This document shows, in pieces, positions 27,538 to 35,290 of a stretch of DNA of 64,000 bases (positions within the stretch are counted from its first letter, which is position 1; every line of letters begins with the position of its first letter). The translations under genes and the position numbers were made by a program. This DNA is from an uncultured Solirubrobacterales bacterium (GTDB lineage Bacteria > Actinomycetota > Thermoleophilia > Solirubrobacterales > 70-9), in contig CAWBRN010000003.1 of assembly GCA_963791335.1 (NCBI GenBank), forward strand, positions 487,841 to 551,840. Reading direction: 5' to 3'. Below the pieces are notes generated by a model. That model ran no database searches. It was not told the origin of the DNA and saw only the letters and a program-made list of their open reading frames with translations.

Positions 27538-29814
27538 TTAGCCCTTCGTCTTAACCTTCGTCTTCACCGACTTGATCGCATCGGCGGCGTCCTTCGACGT
27601 GATCGTCGCTTCGATCTTCAGCTTGCCCTTCGCCTTCTTCTTCAGCTTCATCTCCGCGCTCGCCTTGCCGGATTGACCCGGCTCGAGATCGCCGAGCTTC
27701 GTGCACTCGGGGTTGATGGACGCCTTGCCCTTGACCGACAGACAGACCTTTACGCCCTTGGCCACTGCACCGCCAGTGCTGTCGACGCCGACCTTGATCC
27801 TTGCCGACTTACCGGCCTTGGCCTTCTTCGGCGCGGATAGCTTGGAGATGACGAGCTTGGGGGCCTTGACGACCTGGACCTCGGTGGTCGCTGTGTTTCC
27901 GGCCCCGTCGGCGACCGTGACCTCGGCCGGTCCACTTCCCTTGCCGGGACATTCGACGGAGATCCCACTTACCTCGGTGCCGTCCTGGCAGGTCCACCGA
28001 GCCGAAACCAGGGTGCCCTGTCCGCCGTCTCCCTCCACCTGGAGGCTCGCCGTTTTGTTCGAGCGATAGGTCAACTCGGCGTTCGCTTCGAGCGGCTCGT
28101 CGATGACGATCGTCTGGGACCAGGAACGCGTCTCGGCGTTCGATCCGGTGACCGTGGCGGTCACGTCGTACGTCCCGGGGCCCGGGAACGTGTGGTCGAA
28201 CCGATCCTTCGACGCCGTCGATCCGGTCGTGCCGTCGCCGAAGTCCCATTCGATGTCACCGACGACGGTGACGGCACCGTCCTGGGACTTGGCCGACGAT
28301 CCGTAGAAATTGATCGTCGGGTCCGACGACTCGACCTGATCGGGGTAGAACTGGATCCCGGGCTTGTCCTCGACCGATGCATCGTGCGGGGCAAACACCG
28401 TTGCGGTCGGACTAGTCGCGAAACCGAGCGCGGCAGCGTTGGCCGTCCCCAGATCGGCGTTGTCCTGGGCGAGATCGGGCCCAACGTTGAAGCGCTCGAA
28501 ATCGCTCGAGCCGAACTCCTGGTCGGTGTAGTCGGCGCGCTGGTAGTAGTAGCCCAGCATGTCTCCCGCCATGCCGACGACATTCGCGGAGCGGGCGCCG
28601 CTGACCGAGTCGGCTATCGCGGAGTTGACCTCGGGGAACGCCTCTCCCGGGTTGGTCGAGTACAGGACGTCGCCGATTCGCACCGACGGGACGTAGGTGC
28701 CGACGTGGTTGTTCGAGTCGTCGAAATAGGGGGCGGTGCTGGAGCGAGGAATCGTGCAGATCTCGAACGCGTCGATGCACGCTCCGCTCGGCGGTCCCCA
28801 GAGCGATATACCGAGCAGGAGATCGTCGTTGTCGGCCAGCGTGTCCATGTAGGACTCGGTGCCGGCGACGGTGTCGTCGGTGAGGGGCGTCGCCTGCGCC
28901 ATCGCCAGCTGGATCGCGTTCACGACGAACTCGCCCTGCGGGATCACCTCCGAGTAGTCGTCGACCTCGCCCGGGGGCTCCTGGCGTCCCAGCGTCCCGG
29001 CCGCGATCACGCTCGTGCCGCCGTTCATGTCGTCGAGCGCGGCTCGGGCATAGCCGGGCCAATCAGCGGAGAACTGCTCGTGGTCGGTGCCGTTGAACTC
29101 ATCCGGATGGTTGGGGACGTTCGCGTAGAGGGCGTTCGTGGCTCCGGTGTCAGGATCGCGCGCCCACATGATCGGAAGCTGTTCGTCCACGGAGAATCCA
29201 TCGGGGTGGTTGGTGCCCTGACCGTTCTGCCAGATGAACGACCGGATGTTTCCGTTGGCCGTCCAGATCTCGGACGGCTTCATGTCGGCCGCCGCCTTGT
29301 CGACGGCCTCGACAGCCGCGTTGCTGACCTTCTCCATATATGCCTGGTCCGTCAGGCCCCAGATCCCGGTCATCACCGGAGCGGCGTGGGTATGGGTCGA
29401 GGAGACGATCACGGATCCGCGATCGGCCGTCAGACCGTCGTCCTCGAGTTCGGCGGCCGCGGCCTCACGGACGTGGGTGATTCCGTATGGCTCGAGATTG
29501 CCCTGATAGGCGCTGAACCAACCCGTCAGGTCCGCAACGACGAAGGCGGCGGCGTCCGTGCCGTTGGAGACGACGAACGCGCGGACTTCCAGAGGATCGT
29601 GGACCGAGGTCGTCGGGCCGCCCTTGTATCCGTATCCGGAGATGTACTGCGGAGTGTCCGGGTTGATGTTCACGGATGCCGCCCCCACGTCGAACACGGC
29701 CGGGTCAGCCGCATCGGCGCTCGCCGAAAAGGCGAGGAGAGCCGCGAACGTGGCTGCAATCGTCATCGTCATCCTTGCCAGCCGTCCACAGACGCCGGCG
29801 ACTCCGTCGGTCAT
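27538..29814 (-). CDS. secreted neutral/alkaline-ceramidase-like hydrolase with a PKD domain and a Lys-rich C-terminal module
   Basis: Intact 758 aa. Signal ..MTMTIAATFAALLAFSASADA (true start may be 29772). N-domain ..YISGYGY..VHDPLEVRAFVV..VSSTHTHAAP... PKD-like GDIEWDFGDGTTGS..HTFPGPGTYDVTATV. The tail ends ..AEMKLKKKAKGKLKIEATITSKDAADAIKSVKTKVKTKG. Confidence 0.75.
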   Translation of the reverse strand: MTDGVAGVCGRLARMTMTIAATFAALLAFSASADAADPAVFDVGAASVNINPDTPQYISGYGYKGGPTTSVHDPLEVRAFVVSNGTDAAAFVVADLTGWFSAYQGNLEPYGITHVREAAAAELEDDGLTADRGSVIVSSTHTHAAPVMTGIWGLTDQAYMEKVSNAAVEAVDKAAADMKPSEIWTANGNIRSFIWQNGQGTNHPDGFSVDEQLPIMWARDPDTGATNALYANVPNHPDEFNGTDHEQFSADWPGYARAALDDMNGGTSVIAAGTLGRQEPPGEVDDYSEVIPQGEFVVNAIQLAMAQATPLTDDTVAGTESYMDTLADNDDLLLGISLWGPPSGACIDAFEICTIPRSSTAPYFDDSNNHVGTYVPSVRIGDVLYSTNPGEAFPEVNSAIADSVSGARSANVVGMAGDMLGYYYQRADYTDQEFGSSDFERFNVGPDLAQDNADLGTANAAALGFATSPTATVFAPHDASVEDKPGIQFYPDQVESSDPTINFYGSSAKSQDGAVTVVGDIEWDFGDGTTGSTASKDRFDHTFPGPGTYDVTATVTGSNAETRSWSQTIVIDEPLEANAELTYRSNKTASLQVEGDGGQGTLVSARWTCQDGTEVSGISVECPGKGSGPAEVTVADGAGNTATTEVQVVKAPKLVISKLSAPKKAKAGKSARIKVGVDSTGGAVAKGVKVCLSVKGKASINPECTKLGDLEPGQSGKASAEMKLKKKAKGKLKIEATITSKDAADAIKSVKTKVKTKG

Positions 29815-29913
29815 TCAAACCCTCTCGTAGGTGCGTACGTCGGCCCCACGCCAACGCGGGCGGAACGGTACAAGAGGAGTTCCGGAAATGCGCCGGTTGT
29901 CTCGCGGCCGGCC

Positions 29914-30063
29914 CTACCTGACCTTGCCAATGCGCTTCGTCGTCGTTATGCCGGCCGAGTCGCCCTTGATGAACACCTCGGTCCGGATCCGCTTGACCCC
30001 GTTAGGCCCGCCGAACAGCTTCCGCGCCCGCTTCGTCAGCTTCAGGCTGATATCCGGAACGGA
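29914..30063 (-). pseudogene. orphan C-terminal gene fragment (Lys/Arg-rich module tail) abutting the pseudo-tRNA
   Basis: A high-GC3 frame of 49 codons reads SVPDISLKLTKRARKLFGGPNGVKRIRTEVFIKGDSAGITTTKRIGKVR*. It has no start codon, and an in-frame TAG lies at 30064-30066. It aligns by eye with the tails of the 14621 and 27538 genes. Confidence 0.35.
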
Positions 30064-30068
30064 CTAAG

Positions 30069-30120
30069 CGGGCCCGACTGGTTCGAACTGGTGACCTTCG
30101 GTTCGTACAGCGTCCGCTCA
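30069..30120 (-). repeat. pseudo-tRNA: degenerate copy of the 3' ~52 nt of tRNA-Arg(ACG); att-like scar
   Basis: About 80% identical by hand alignment to 39342-39394, including runs gcccgactgg, ttcgaac and tgaccttcggtt. It has no 5' acceptor strand and its T-stem no longer pairs. Same orientation as the intact tRNA. Confidence 0.6.
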
Positions 30121-30205
30121 CTCCCTTGAAACTCGACTTGTAGATGAAGGGGCCAGCAGTTCGAATCGCTCGTGGTTAGTCCTGTTCGACTAGGTTGGCC
30201 GCAGC

Positions 30206-30691
30206 ATGATCAACCCAGCCACCCTCTTGTTCTACGACGTCGTGGTCGCCGTCCACGTCATGTGCATCGTGATCGCCTTCGGAGTCACGTTCGCCTATCC
30301 AGTCATCCTGCCCTGGTCCACAAGGGCCCATCCGGAGGCAATGGCAACGATTCACGTAATACAGGAACGCATCGGCCGATTCGTGATCATGCCGTTTGGG
30401 ACGCTGGCTCTATTGACCGGCGTCTATCTGGCATCCGATCGCGACCTGTTTGGGGAGACGTGGGTGGTCATCCCGCTGGTCATTCTCGTCTTCCTGCTCG
30501 GCCTCGGCGGATTGTTCTTCGCGCCGCGCGAGAAGGCTCTGGCAACGATTGCTCAGCGCGATCTTGCCGCTGATGGAGCGCTCAGTGACGAGTACCACGC
30601 GAACGCGAGGATCCTCGGCCTCGTCGGCGCGCTCTCGAGCGTGCTCGTCCTCATCGCGATCTTCAGCATGGTCGCAAAGCCGTTTTCGTAG
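30206..30691 (+). CDS. DUF2269-like four-helix membrane protein
   Basis: Intact 161-aa hydrophobic ORF (MINPATLLFYDVVVAVHVMCIVIAFGVTFAYP..). Confidence 0.7.
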   Translation: MINPATLLFYDVVVAVHVMCIVIAFGVTFAYPVILPWSTRAHPEAMATIHVIQERIGRFVIMPFGTLALLTGVYLASDRDLFGETWVVIPLVILVFLLGLGGLFFAPREKALATIAQRDLAADGALSDEYHANARILGLVGALSSVLVLIAIFSMVAKPFS

Positions 30692-30923
30692 ACCGAACAT
30701 CAATTCTGCTCGGCGAAGGCACTGAACCTCGAGGCCCTGAGCCGGTCACGCTCACCCGAGCCGTTACTGCCGTCCAGAAACCAAAGGAACCTCAAAGGTT
30801 CACGGGCAAACGGGCGATGGGGCGACGCGGAGGACCGTTCTGATTCTCCGCCACGGCCGGGGGCGCGATGCGCCGCCCGGCCAAACTTTCGCGTAGGTGG
30901 CCGTGTGGTTCCAGGCAGACAGG

Positions 30924-30960
30924 GTCCAGCTCCGGACCCCGTTCCGGTCCGAAGCTGGAC
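30924..30960. other. strong stem-loop in a roughly 480-bp non-coding gap
   Basis: gtccagct(30924-30931) pairs with agctggac(30953-30960). An inner helix cggac/gtccg gives 13 bp in total. No convincing ORF lies between 30692 and 31170. Confidence 0.4.
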
Positions 30961-31170
30961 TACAGAGCAGGCGTATCTCTCGGGGGATGGAAGTACGCCC
31001 GCTCCCGTTAACGATTCGACACAATCCTGGCCTGACCTTCCCTGACTGCATCAAGCGCCAGTCGCCGGCCATCTTGGTTTGGCGCAGTGCTCACGCGCTG
31101 GTTGCCGTCGGGTTTCTCGCGTTCAATCGGGTATGTGTGGTGGTGCGCGATCACTGGACGCCATGGCCGG

Positions 31171-31416
31171 TTACTCCGAATCGCTGTCGGCGCCCTCAGC
31201 ACCGAAGGAATACTCGTAGCCGCCAATCACGGTGATTGTCCGCTGGGTCCGGTGGGAGATCGCATCGGTGATGCAGTACCCCTATTCGAACTCGTCCTTC
31301 CGCCCCAGGCAGCAAGGTTGGCAGTCCCCGTACTCGGGGCCATTGCCGCCGCGGGACTGGGCCTTCTGGCTCTCCGAACTCGTTATGTCGTTATCGATCC
31401 CCCGGACCGATTTACT
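31171..31416 (-). pseudogene. small Cys-containing ORF interrupted by an in-frame TAG, with no canonical start
   Basis: High-GC3 frame ..SSESQKAQSRGGNGPEYGDCQPCCLGRKDEFE-TAG(31284-31282)-GYCITDAISHRTQRTITVIGGYEYSFGAEGADSDSE-TAA(31173-31171). It begins within or just after the dodecin stop. Confidence 0.4.
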
Positions 31417-31624
31417 CCTTCTCGTATTTGAACGAGACCCCAAGGCGAATGCGGAATCCCGAGATCTTGCCGTCTTCGATCGTCACGTCCTGGCGAACGA
31501 CTTCGGCGACCCGGAGATCACGCACCGATTGACCGACCATCTCGACAGCGTTCTTAGCTGCCTGCTCCCATGAATCCGAGCTGACACCGACAACCTCGGT
31601 GACGCGATAGACGCTCTCTGCCAT
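31412..31624 (-). CDS. dodecin-family flavin-binding protein
   Basis: ATG 31624 preceded by GGAGGAGGAG. The 70 aa read MAESVYRVTEVVGVSSDSWEQAAKNAVEMVGQSVRDLRVAEVVRQDVTIEDGKISGFRIRLGVSFKYEKE, the classic dodecin pattern. Confidence 0.8.
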   Translation of the reverse strand: MAESVYRVTEVVGVSSDSWEQAAKNAVEMVGQSVRDLRVAEVVRQDVTIEDGKISGFRIRLGVSFKYEKE

Positions 31625-31930
31625 TTCTCCTCCTCCGTGGAACTTGCTCCTCCACCTTCGCACGGCACGAGCGGTGGAGCAACCCGCTTCGGACAGGCAG
31701 GACGCGAGCGGGGGAGGTCGGGCTTCAGCTCGAAGCCCAGAGGTGGTCACGCCGGTATCCGACGAGAGCCTTGTCGGCCATGAGGGACTAGTCCGAAATC
31801 ACAGTGAACTTCTTGAATGGCCCAGCGAACTTCCAGACGGACCGCGTTCCTGCGTTGAAAGTGGCGATGTCGCCGCTGGTCCCCGGCCCTCGATCACGCC
31901 GAATCCGGAGCGCGGAGGGATTCCCAGCTG

Positions 31931-32140
31931 TCAACCCTCGGGCGCGGCTCCCGGCTCTCCCGGCTCCTTATGGGCTCCCGGCTCCTTGATGGCGCCAGCT
32001 CCCTTCTTTGCCTTATCCGCAAAGCTGCCTTGACCCGAGGCAATGTCCTTCAGCTCCTCGGCGTCCTCCTTGAGCGCGTCGGTGCCGCCGCGCTTGTCGA
32101 CGGTCTCCTTCACCTTGTTTGTGATGCTCTTGAAATCCAT
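31931..32140 (-). CDS. small hydrophilic protein, Rv0909-like (putative antitoxin / CsbD-like stress protein family)
   Basis: The 69 aa read MDFKSITNKVKETVDKRGGTDALKEDAEELKDIASGQGSFADKAKKGAGAIKEPGAHKEPGEPGAAPEG, with a short KEPG repeat at the C-terminus. The family assignment is from memory of similar actinobacterial proteins. Confidence 0.55.
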   Translation of the reverse strand: MDFKSITNKVKETVDKRGGTDALKEDAEELKDIASGQGSFADKAKKGAGAIKEPGAHKEPGEPGAAPEG

Positions 32141-32216
32141 CGGGTGGCTCCTCTCGCGGCCCGGCCGAGACCGAGCCTCTTCATCCGGGCCAACACTAGA
32201 CCCATCGGGGGTCGCG

Positions 32217-32245
32217 GCCGATCATGAGAGCGCGCCCGACTGGAT
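32217..32245 (-). repeat. att-like direct repeat of the tRNA-Arg 3' end plus downstream flank
   Basis: 32217-32245 matches 39328-39356 at 26 of 29 positions, including the uninterrupted 19-mer agagcgcgcccgactggat (32227-32245 = 39338-39356). That 19-mer covers the last 15 nt of the tRNA plus 4 nt beyond it. Confidence 0.6.
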
Positions 32246-32435
32246 GCGTCGGACTCTGCACCTGTCCTACCTACCGCAACGGTAAGGATCTGCGACAAAC
32301 GGAAGCTGGCTAGGAGAGGTCCGGGTGGATCACCTGGCCGGTGATGTAGACGGCCCGCCATTTGCACCCAGCGCCGAACCTGCCGAGCTGCGACGTGGGC
32401 CAATAGCCATCTACGGGCAGTGGGGGTCCCCTTAG

Positions 32436-33446
32436 TCAGCCATCGTCAGTCTCCAGCCGGCTCTTCTGCTGCAGCGAGTACAGGAGGCCCAACGCCGGGA
32501 TCACCAGAATGACGGCTAAGACGAAGACGATCAGGATCATCGTCAGGGTTGGGCCGGTGCCGGCGCCGGCGGAGATCGTCAGATCCTGCGGGAGCAGATA
32601 CGGGAACTGAGCTACTCCCCAGCCGCAGACGATCGACACGACGGCGGCGACGCCGAGTGGCCGAACGAACCTCAGCGAACCACGATGCAAGAGCACCAGG
32701 GCCGCGGTGCCGCAGATCAACGAAAGCAGCAGGAGCGGCAGGCCCTCCGCCAACAATCGATCGAAGATGTAACGGGCATCGGCGTGGAGCTCGACGAGCC
32801 CGGCGATGGCCGCACCCCCGGTGACGATGGCGGCGAGCGTCGCGCGTCGGACGAAATAGCCCTCGAGCTCGTCCTCTCCTCGATGCCGAGCATCGGTGAT
32901 CAGAAAGATCGCCGCCAGATAAGCCCCGGTAGCGACGAACAGGATGCCGACCATGATCGAAAGGGGGTTGAGCCAGCTGGTTACGGCATCACCGGTGGCA
33001 TTTCCCAAAGGGACGCGTCCACCAACGATCGCCCCGACGACGGTGCCGAGAAAAAACGGGGTCAGGATCGAGGAGACCCCGAACATCCTCTCGGTCCAGC
33101 GAGCGTTCCGCTCCTTCTTGGATACCTCGTGAAAGGCGAAGCCGGAACCTCGTAGGACGATCCCGAATGCCGCGAGGCTGATTGGGATGAACAGCGTCGA
33201 GAAGATCGCGGCGAATGCGGTCGAGAATGCGGTCCAGAGGACGACGAGGACGAAGATCAGCCAGACGTGATTGGCCTCCCAGACTGGACCGATCGCCCAT
33301 TCGATCAGGTGCCGGGCCCTCTGCCCGCGTTCACTGTTGCCGGCGATCAGCGACCAGAACCCCGCCCCGAAATCCGCTCCCCCGAACACGGCGTAGAGCG
33401 TGATGCCCACCCAGAGAACGACGGCGCATGCGTCGGCCTTGCTCAT
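32436..33446 (-). CDS. cydB: cytochrome bd-type quinol oxidase subunit II
   Basis: Intact 336 aa. Start overlaps the cydA stop. Typical CydB N-terminus ..LWVGITLYAVFGGADFGAGFW.. and 8-9 helices. Confidence 0.9.
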   Translation of the reverse strand: MSKADACAVVLWVGITLYAVFGGADFGAGFWSLIAGNSERGQRARHLIEWAIGPVWEANHVWLIFVLVVLWTAFSTAFAAIFSTLFIPISLAAFGIVLRGSGFAFHEVSKKERNARWTERMFGVSSILTPFFLGTVVGAIVGGRVPLGNATGDAVTSWLNPLSIMVGILFVATGAYLAAIFLITDARHRGEDELEGYFVRRATLAAIVTGGAAIAGLVELHADARYIFDRLLAEGLPLLLLSLICGTAALVLLHRGSLRFVRPLGVAAVVSIVCGWGVAQFPYLLPQDLTISAGAGTGPTLTMILIVFVLAVILVIPALGLLYSLQQKSRLETDDG

Positions 33447-34861
33447 GCGGCACCCCCGCTTGTCTCGGGTGGGGCCGGAGGTGGATCGGTCGGCGGTTGA
33501 TATGGACCCCCGCCGGCCGCATCACCGGAATCACCCTCCCGCCAACGCTTCGACAAGGCACGAAGCGCGACGATGGTCGCTATCCCCAGCAGCACGTAGA
33601 GCACGAACACGACCGAGAAGGTGACCCAGACGCCGTCCGCGTCCGTCACCGCGTCCTTGGTTCGCATGATTTCGTAGACGATCCACGGCTGGCGGCCCAC
33701 CTCGGTGACTATCCATCCGCTCTCGAGCGCGATGATCGCCGAGATACCCGAGATCGCGACGGCCCGCAGGAACCACGGCGTCTTCGGGATGTCGCGCTTG
33801 CGCCACCAGACGAAGCCGAACCACAGACCCAATGCAATCAGGGCAGAGCCGATCCCGACCATCGTGTCGAAGGCCCAGTGCAGCATCGTGTTGGCCGGCG
33901 GCCGTTCGTTTGCTGGGACCGTGTCCAGGCCGGTCACCTCCGTATCCGTGCTGAACCCGACCAAGAACGAGTCGAACCCAGGGATGCCCAAACCTCCCTT
34001 CACACCGTCCTCGGTGCACCTGCCGTAGATGTACTCAGTGACGTCGCTGTGGGTGTGTTGCACGCACTCCATGGCCGCGAACTTAACTGGCTGATGATCG
34101 GCAATGGCCCTGGCCGCGGAGTCGCCGACCATGAACTGGATCGGGGCCAGGATCACCCCCACGGTCAGCGGGATCAGCAGCCCGAGGCGATGATGTCGAT
34201 CGCGGCGGCCCTTCAACATCCCCACCGCATAGACGGACGCGACCAGGAAACAGGTGACCAGATAGGCGGCGAGGATCATGTGCGGGACCTCGTACGGGAC
34301 CGCGTCGTTGAAGATCACCTTCAGCGGTTCGATGTCGGTCACGTTGCCGGCAGCGTCCATGGTGAAGCCGCCGGGCTGGTTCATCCATGAGTTGACCGCG
34401 ACGACCGAGAACGCTCCGCCGATCCCGCAGATCGCGATCGGGACGCCAGTCCAGAAATGCTTCCAGCCGGAGAGGTGCTTCCAGCCGTAGATGTAGATCG
34501 CGATGAAGATCGCCTCGAGGAAGAAGAAGATCCCCTCGATCCCGAAGAGGATCCCGAAGACGTCACCGAAGCGGCCGGTGAATTCGGGCCAGAGAAGCCC
34601 GAACTCGAAGGACAAAACCGTTCCCGTCACGGCTCCGACCGCGAAGGTGACGGCTGCCACCTTCGACCAGCGCTGCGCGAGCCCGAGCGCGACCTCGTCG
34701 TCGCGCTTCAGGCCGATGTAGTTGGCGATCAGCATGATCGCCGGGAACCCGACCCCGAGGCTCGCGAGGATGATGTGGAAGCCGAGCGTGAACGCCATCT
34801 GGCTCCTTGCTGGAGCCAACTGTGCCGGGAGTTCGGCGAGGATCGTCAGGGTATGCGGCAA
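33443..34861 (-). CDS. cydA: cytochrome bd-type quinol oxidase subunit I
   Basis: Intact 472 aa. Contains ..ARSQMAFTLGFHIILASLGVGFP.., ..GWIVTEVGRQPWIVY.. and a Q-loop region. Confidence 0.9.
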   Translation of the reverse strand: MPHTLTILAELPAQLAPARSQMAFTLGFHIILASLGVGFPAIMLIANYIGLKRDDEVALGLAQRWSKVAAVTFAVGAVTGTVLSFEFGLLWPEFTGRFGDVFGILFGIEGIFFFLEAIFIAIYIYGWKHLSGWKHFWTGVPIAICGIGGAFSVVAVNSWMNQPGGFTMDAAGNVTDIEPLKVIFNDAVPYEVPHMILAAYLVTCFLVASVYAVGMLKGRRDRHHRLGLLIPLTVGVILAPIQFMVGDSAARAIADHQPVKFAAMECVQHTHSDVTEYIYGRCTEDGVKGGLGIPGFDSFLVGFSTDTEVTGLDTVPANERPPANTMLHWAFDTMVGIGSALIALGLWFGFVWWRKRDIPKTPWFLRAVAISGISAIIALESGWIVTEVGRQPWIVYEIMRTKDAVTDADGVWVTFSVVFVLYVLLGIATIVALRALSKRWREGDSGDAAGGGPYQPPTDPPPAPPETSGGAA

Positions 34862-35066
34862 ACCACCCTCCGGATGCGCCTCAGCTTGGGAGGTCCGGTG
34901 TGCCCATGGTCACGCATTCATTGCGTTTGGCGGAGCGTCGACCCGCGGGGTGGCGGGCGGGGCGTTCATCGGACGATCACCGTGGCAACCTATGTCACGA
35001 TTGGCGCCGCTGTCAACGAGCTCCTCCTATGGATCCAGTCCCGATCCATCTGTAACTTGTCCGGCA

Positions 35067-35282
35067 ATGAGTGGCAATCGCGGTTCCGAGGACGGTTCGC
35101 ACGAGATCTCTGACCTGATCGGGGTCGAGTTGACGCTCGCACTCATGGTCTGGCTAGCGGTCACCCTTGTTTGTTTCTTCTTCGTCGGCGTCGTTGTCGG
35201 GATGATCCTCGTCTTAGCAGGTGTGGTTGGCTTCGGCTGGTTCCTGTTCAGCGCGGTGCGCCGCGCCGACATCGAAGACTGA
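35067..35282 (+). CDS. small membrane protein (two helices)
   Basis: ATG 35067 inside ORF 34722..35282. Sequence MSGNRGSEDGSHEISDLIGVELTLALMVWLAVTLVCFFFVGVVVGMILVLAGVVGFGWFLFSAVRRADIED. It ends 8 nt before the LuxR-type gene. Confidence 0.5.
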   Translation: MSGNRGSEDGSHEISDLIGVELTLALMVWLAVTLVCFFFVGVVVGMILVLAGVVGFGWFLFSAVRRADIED

Positions 35283-35290
35283 TCGGTTGA

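Noticed and set aside
30069-30120. A possible fourth functional tRNA (tRNA-Arg paralogue).
   Set aside because: Only the 3' two thirds are present. There is no complementary 5' acceptor strand or D-arm, and the T-stem halves (ACCAG/CCAGT) no longer pair. I treat it as a scar, not a gene.
30692-31170. RNase P RNA, tmRNA, 6S/6C RNA or a riboswitch in the non-coding gap.
   Set aside because: I could not find the diagnostic motifs: no GAGGAAAGTCC-type P4 sequence, no tRNA-like end with a tag ORF, and no paired C-rich loops. It remains an unexplained gap only.
31282-31284. The in-frame TAG as programmed recoding (pyrrolysine or readthrough).
   Set aside because: There are no pyl genes or recoding signals in the window, and this lineage is not known for Pyl. 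A nonsense mutation or base error is far more likely.
34993-35020. An ECF41-type promoter (TGTCACA-n16-CGTC) upstream of the small membrane / LuxR genes.
   Set aside because: The match is only partial: TGTCACG, then 17 nt, then CGAG. The -10 element does not fit, so the match is too weak to call.
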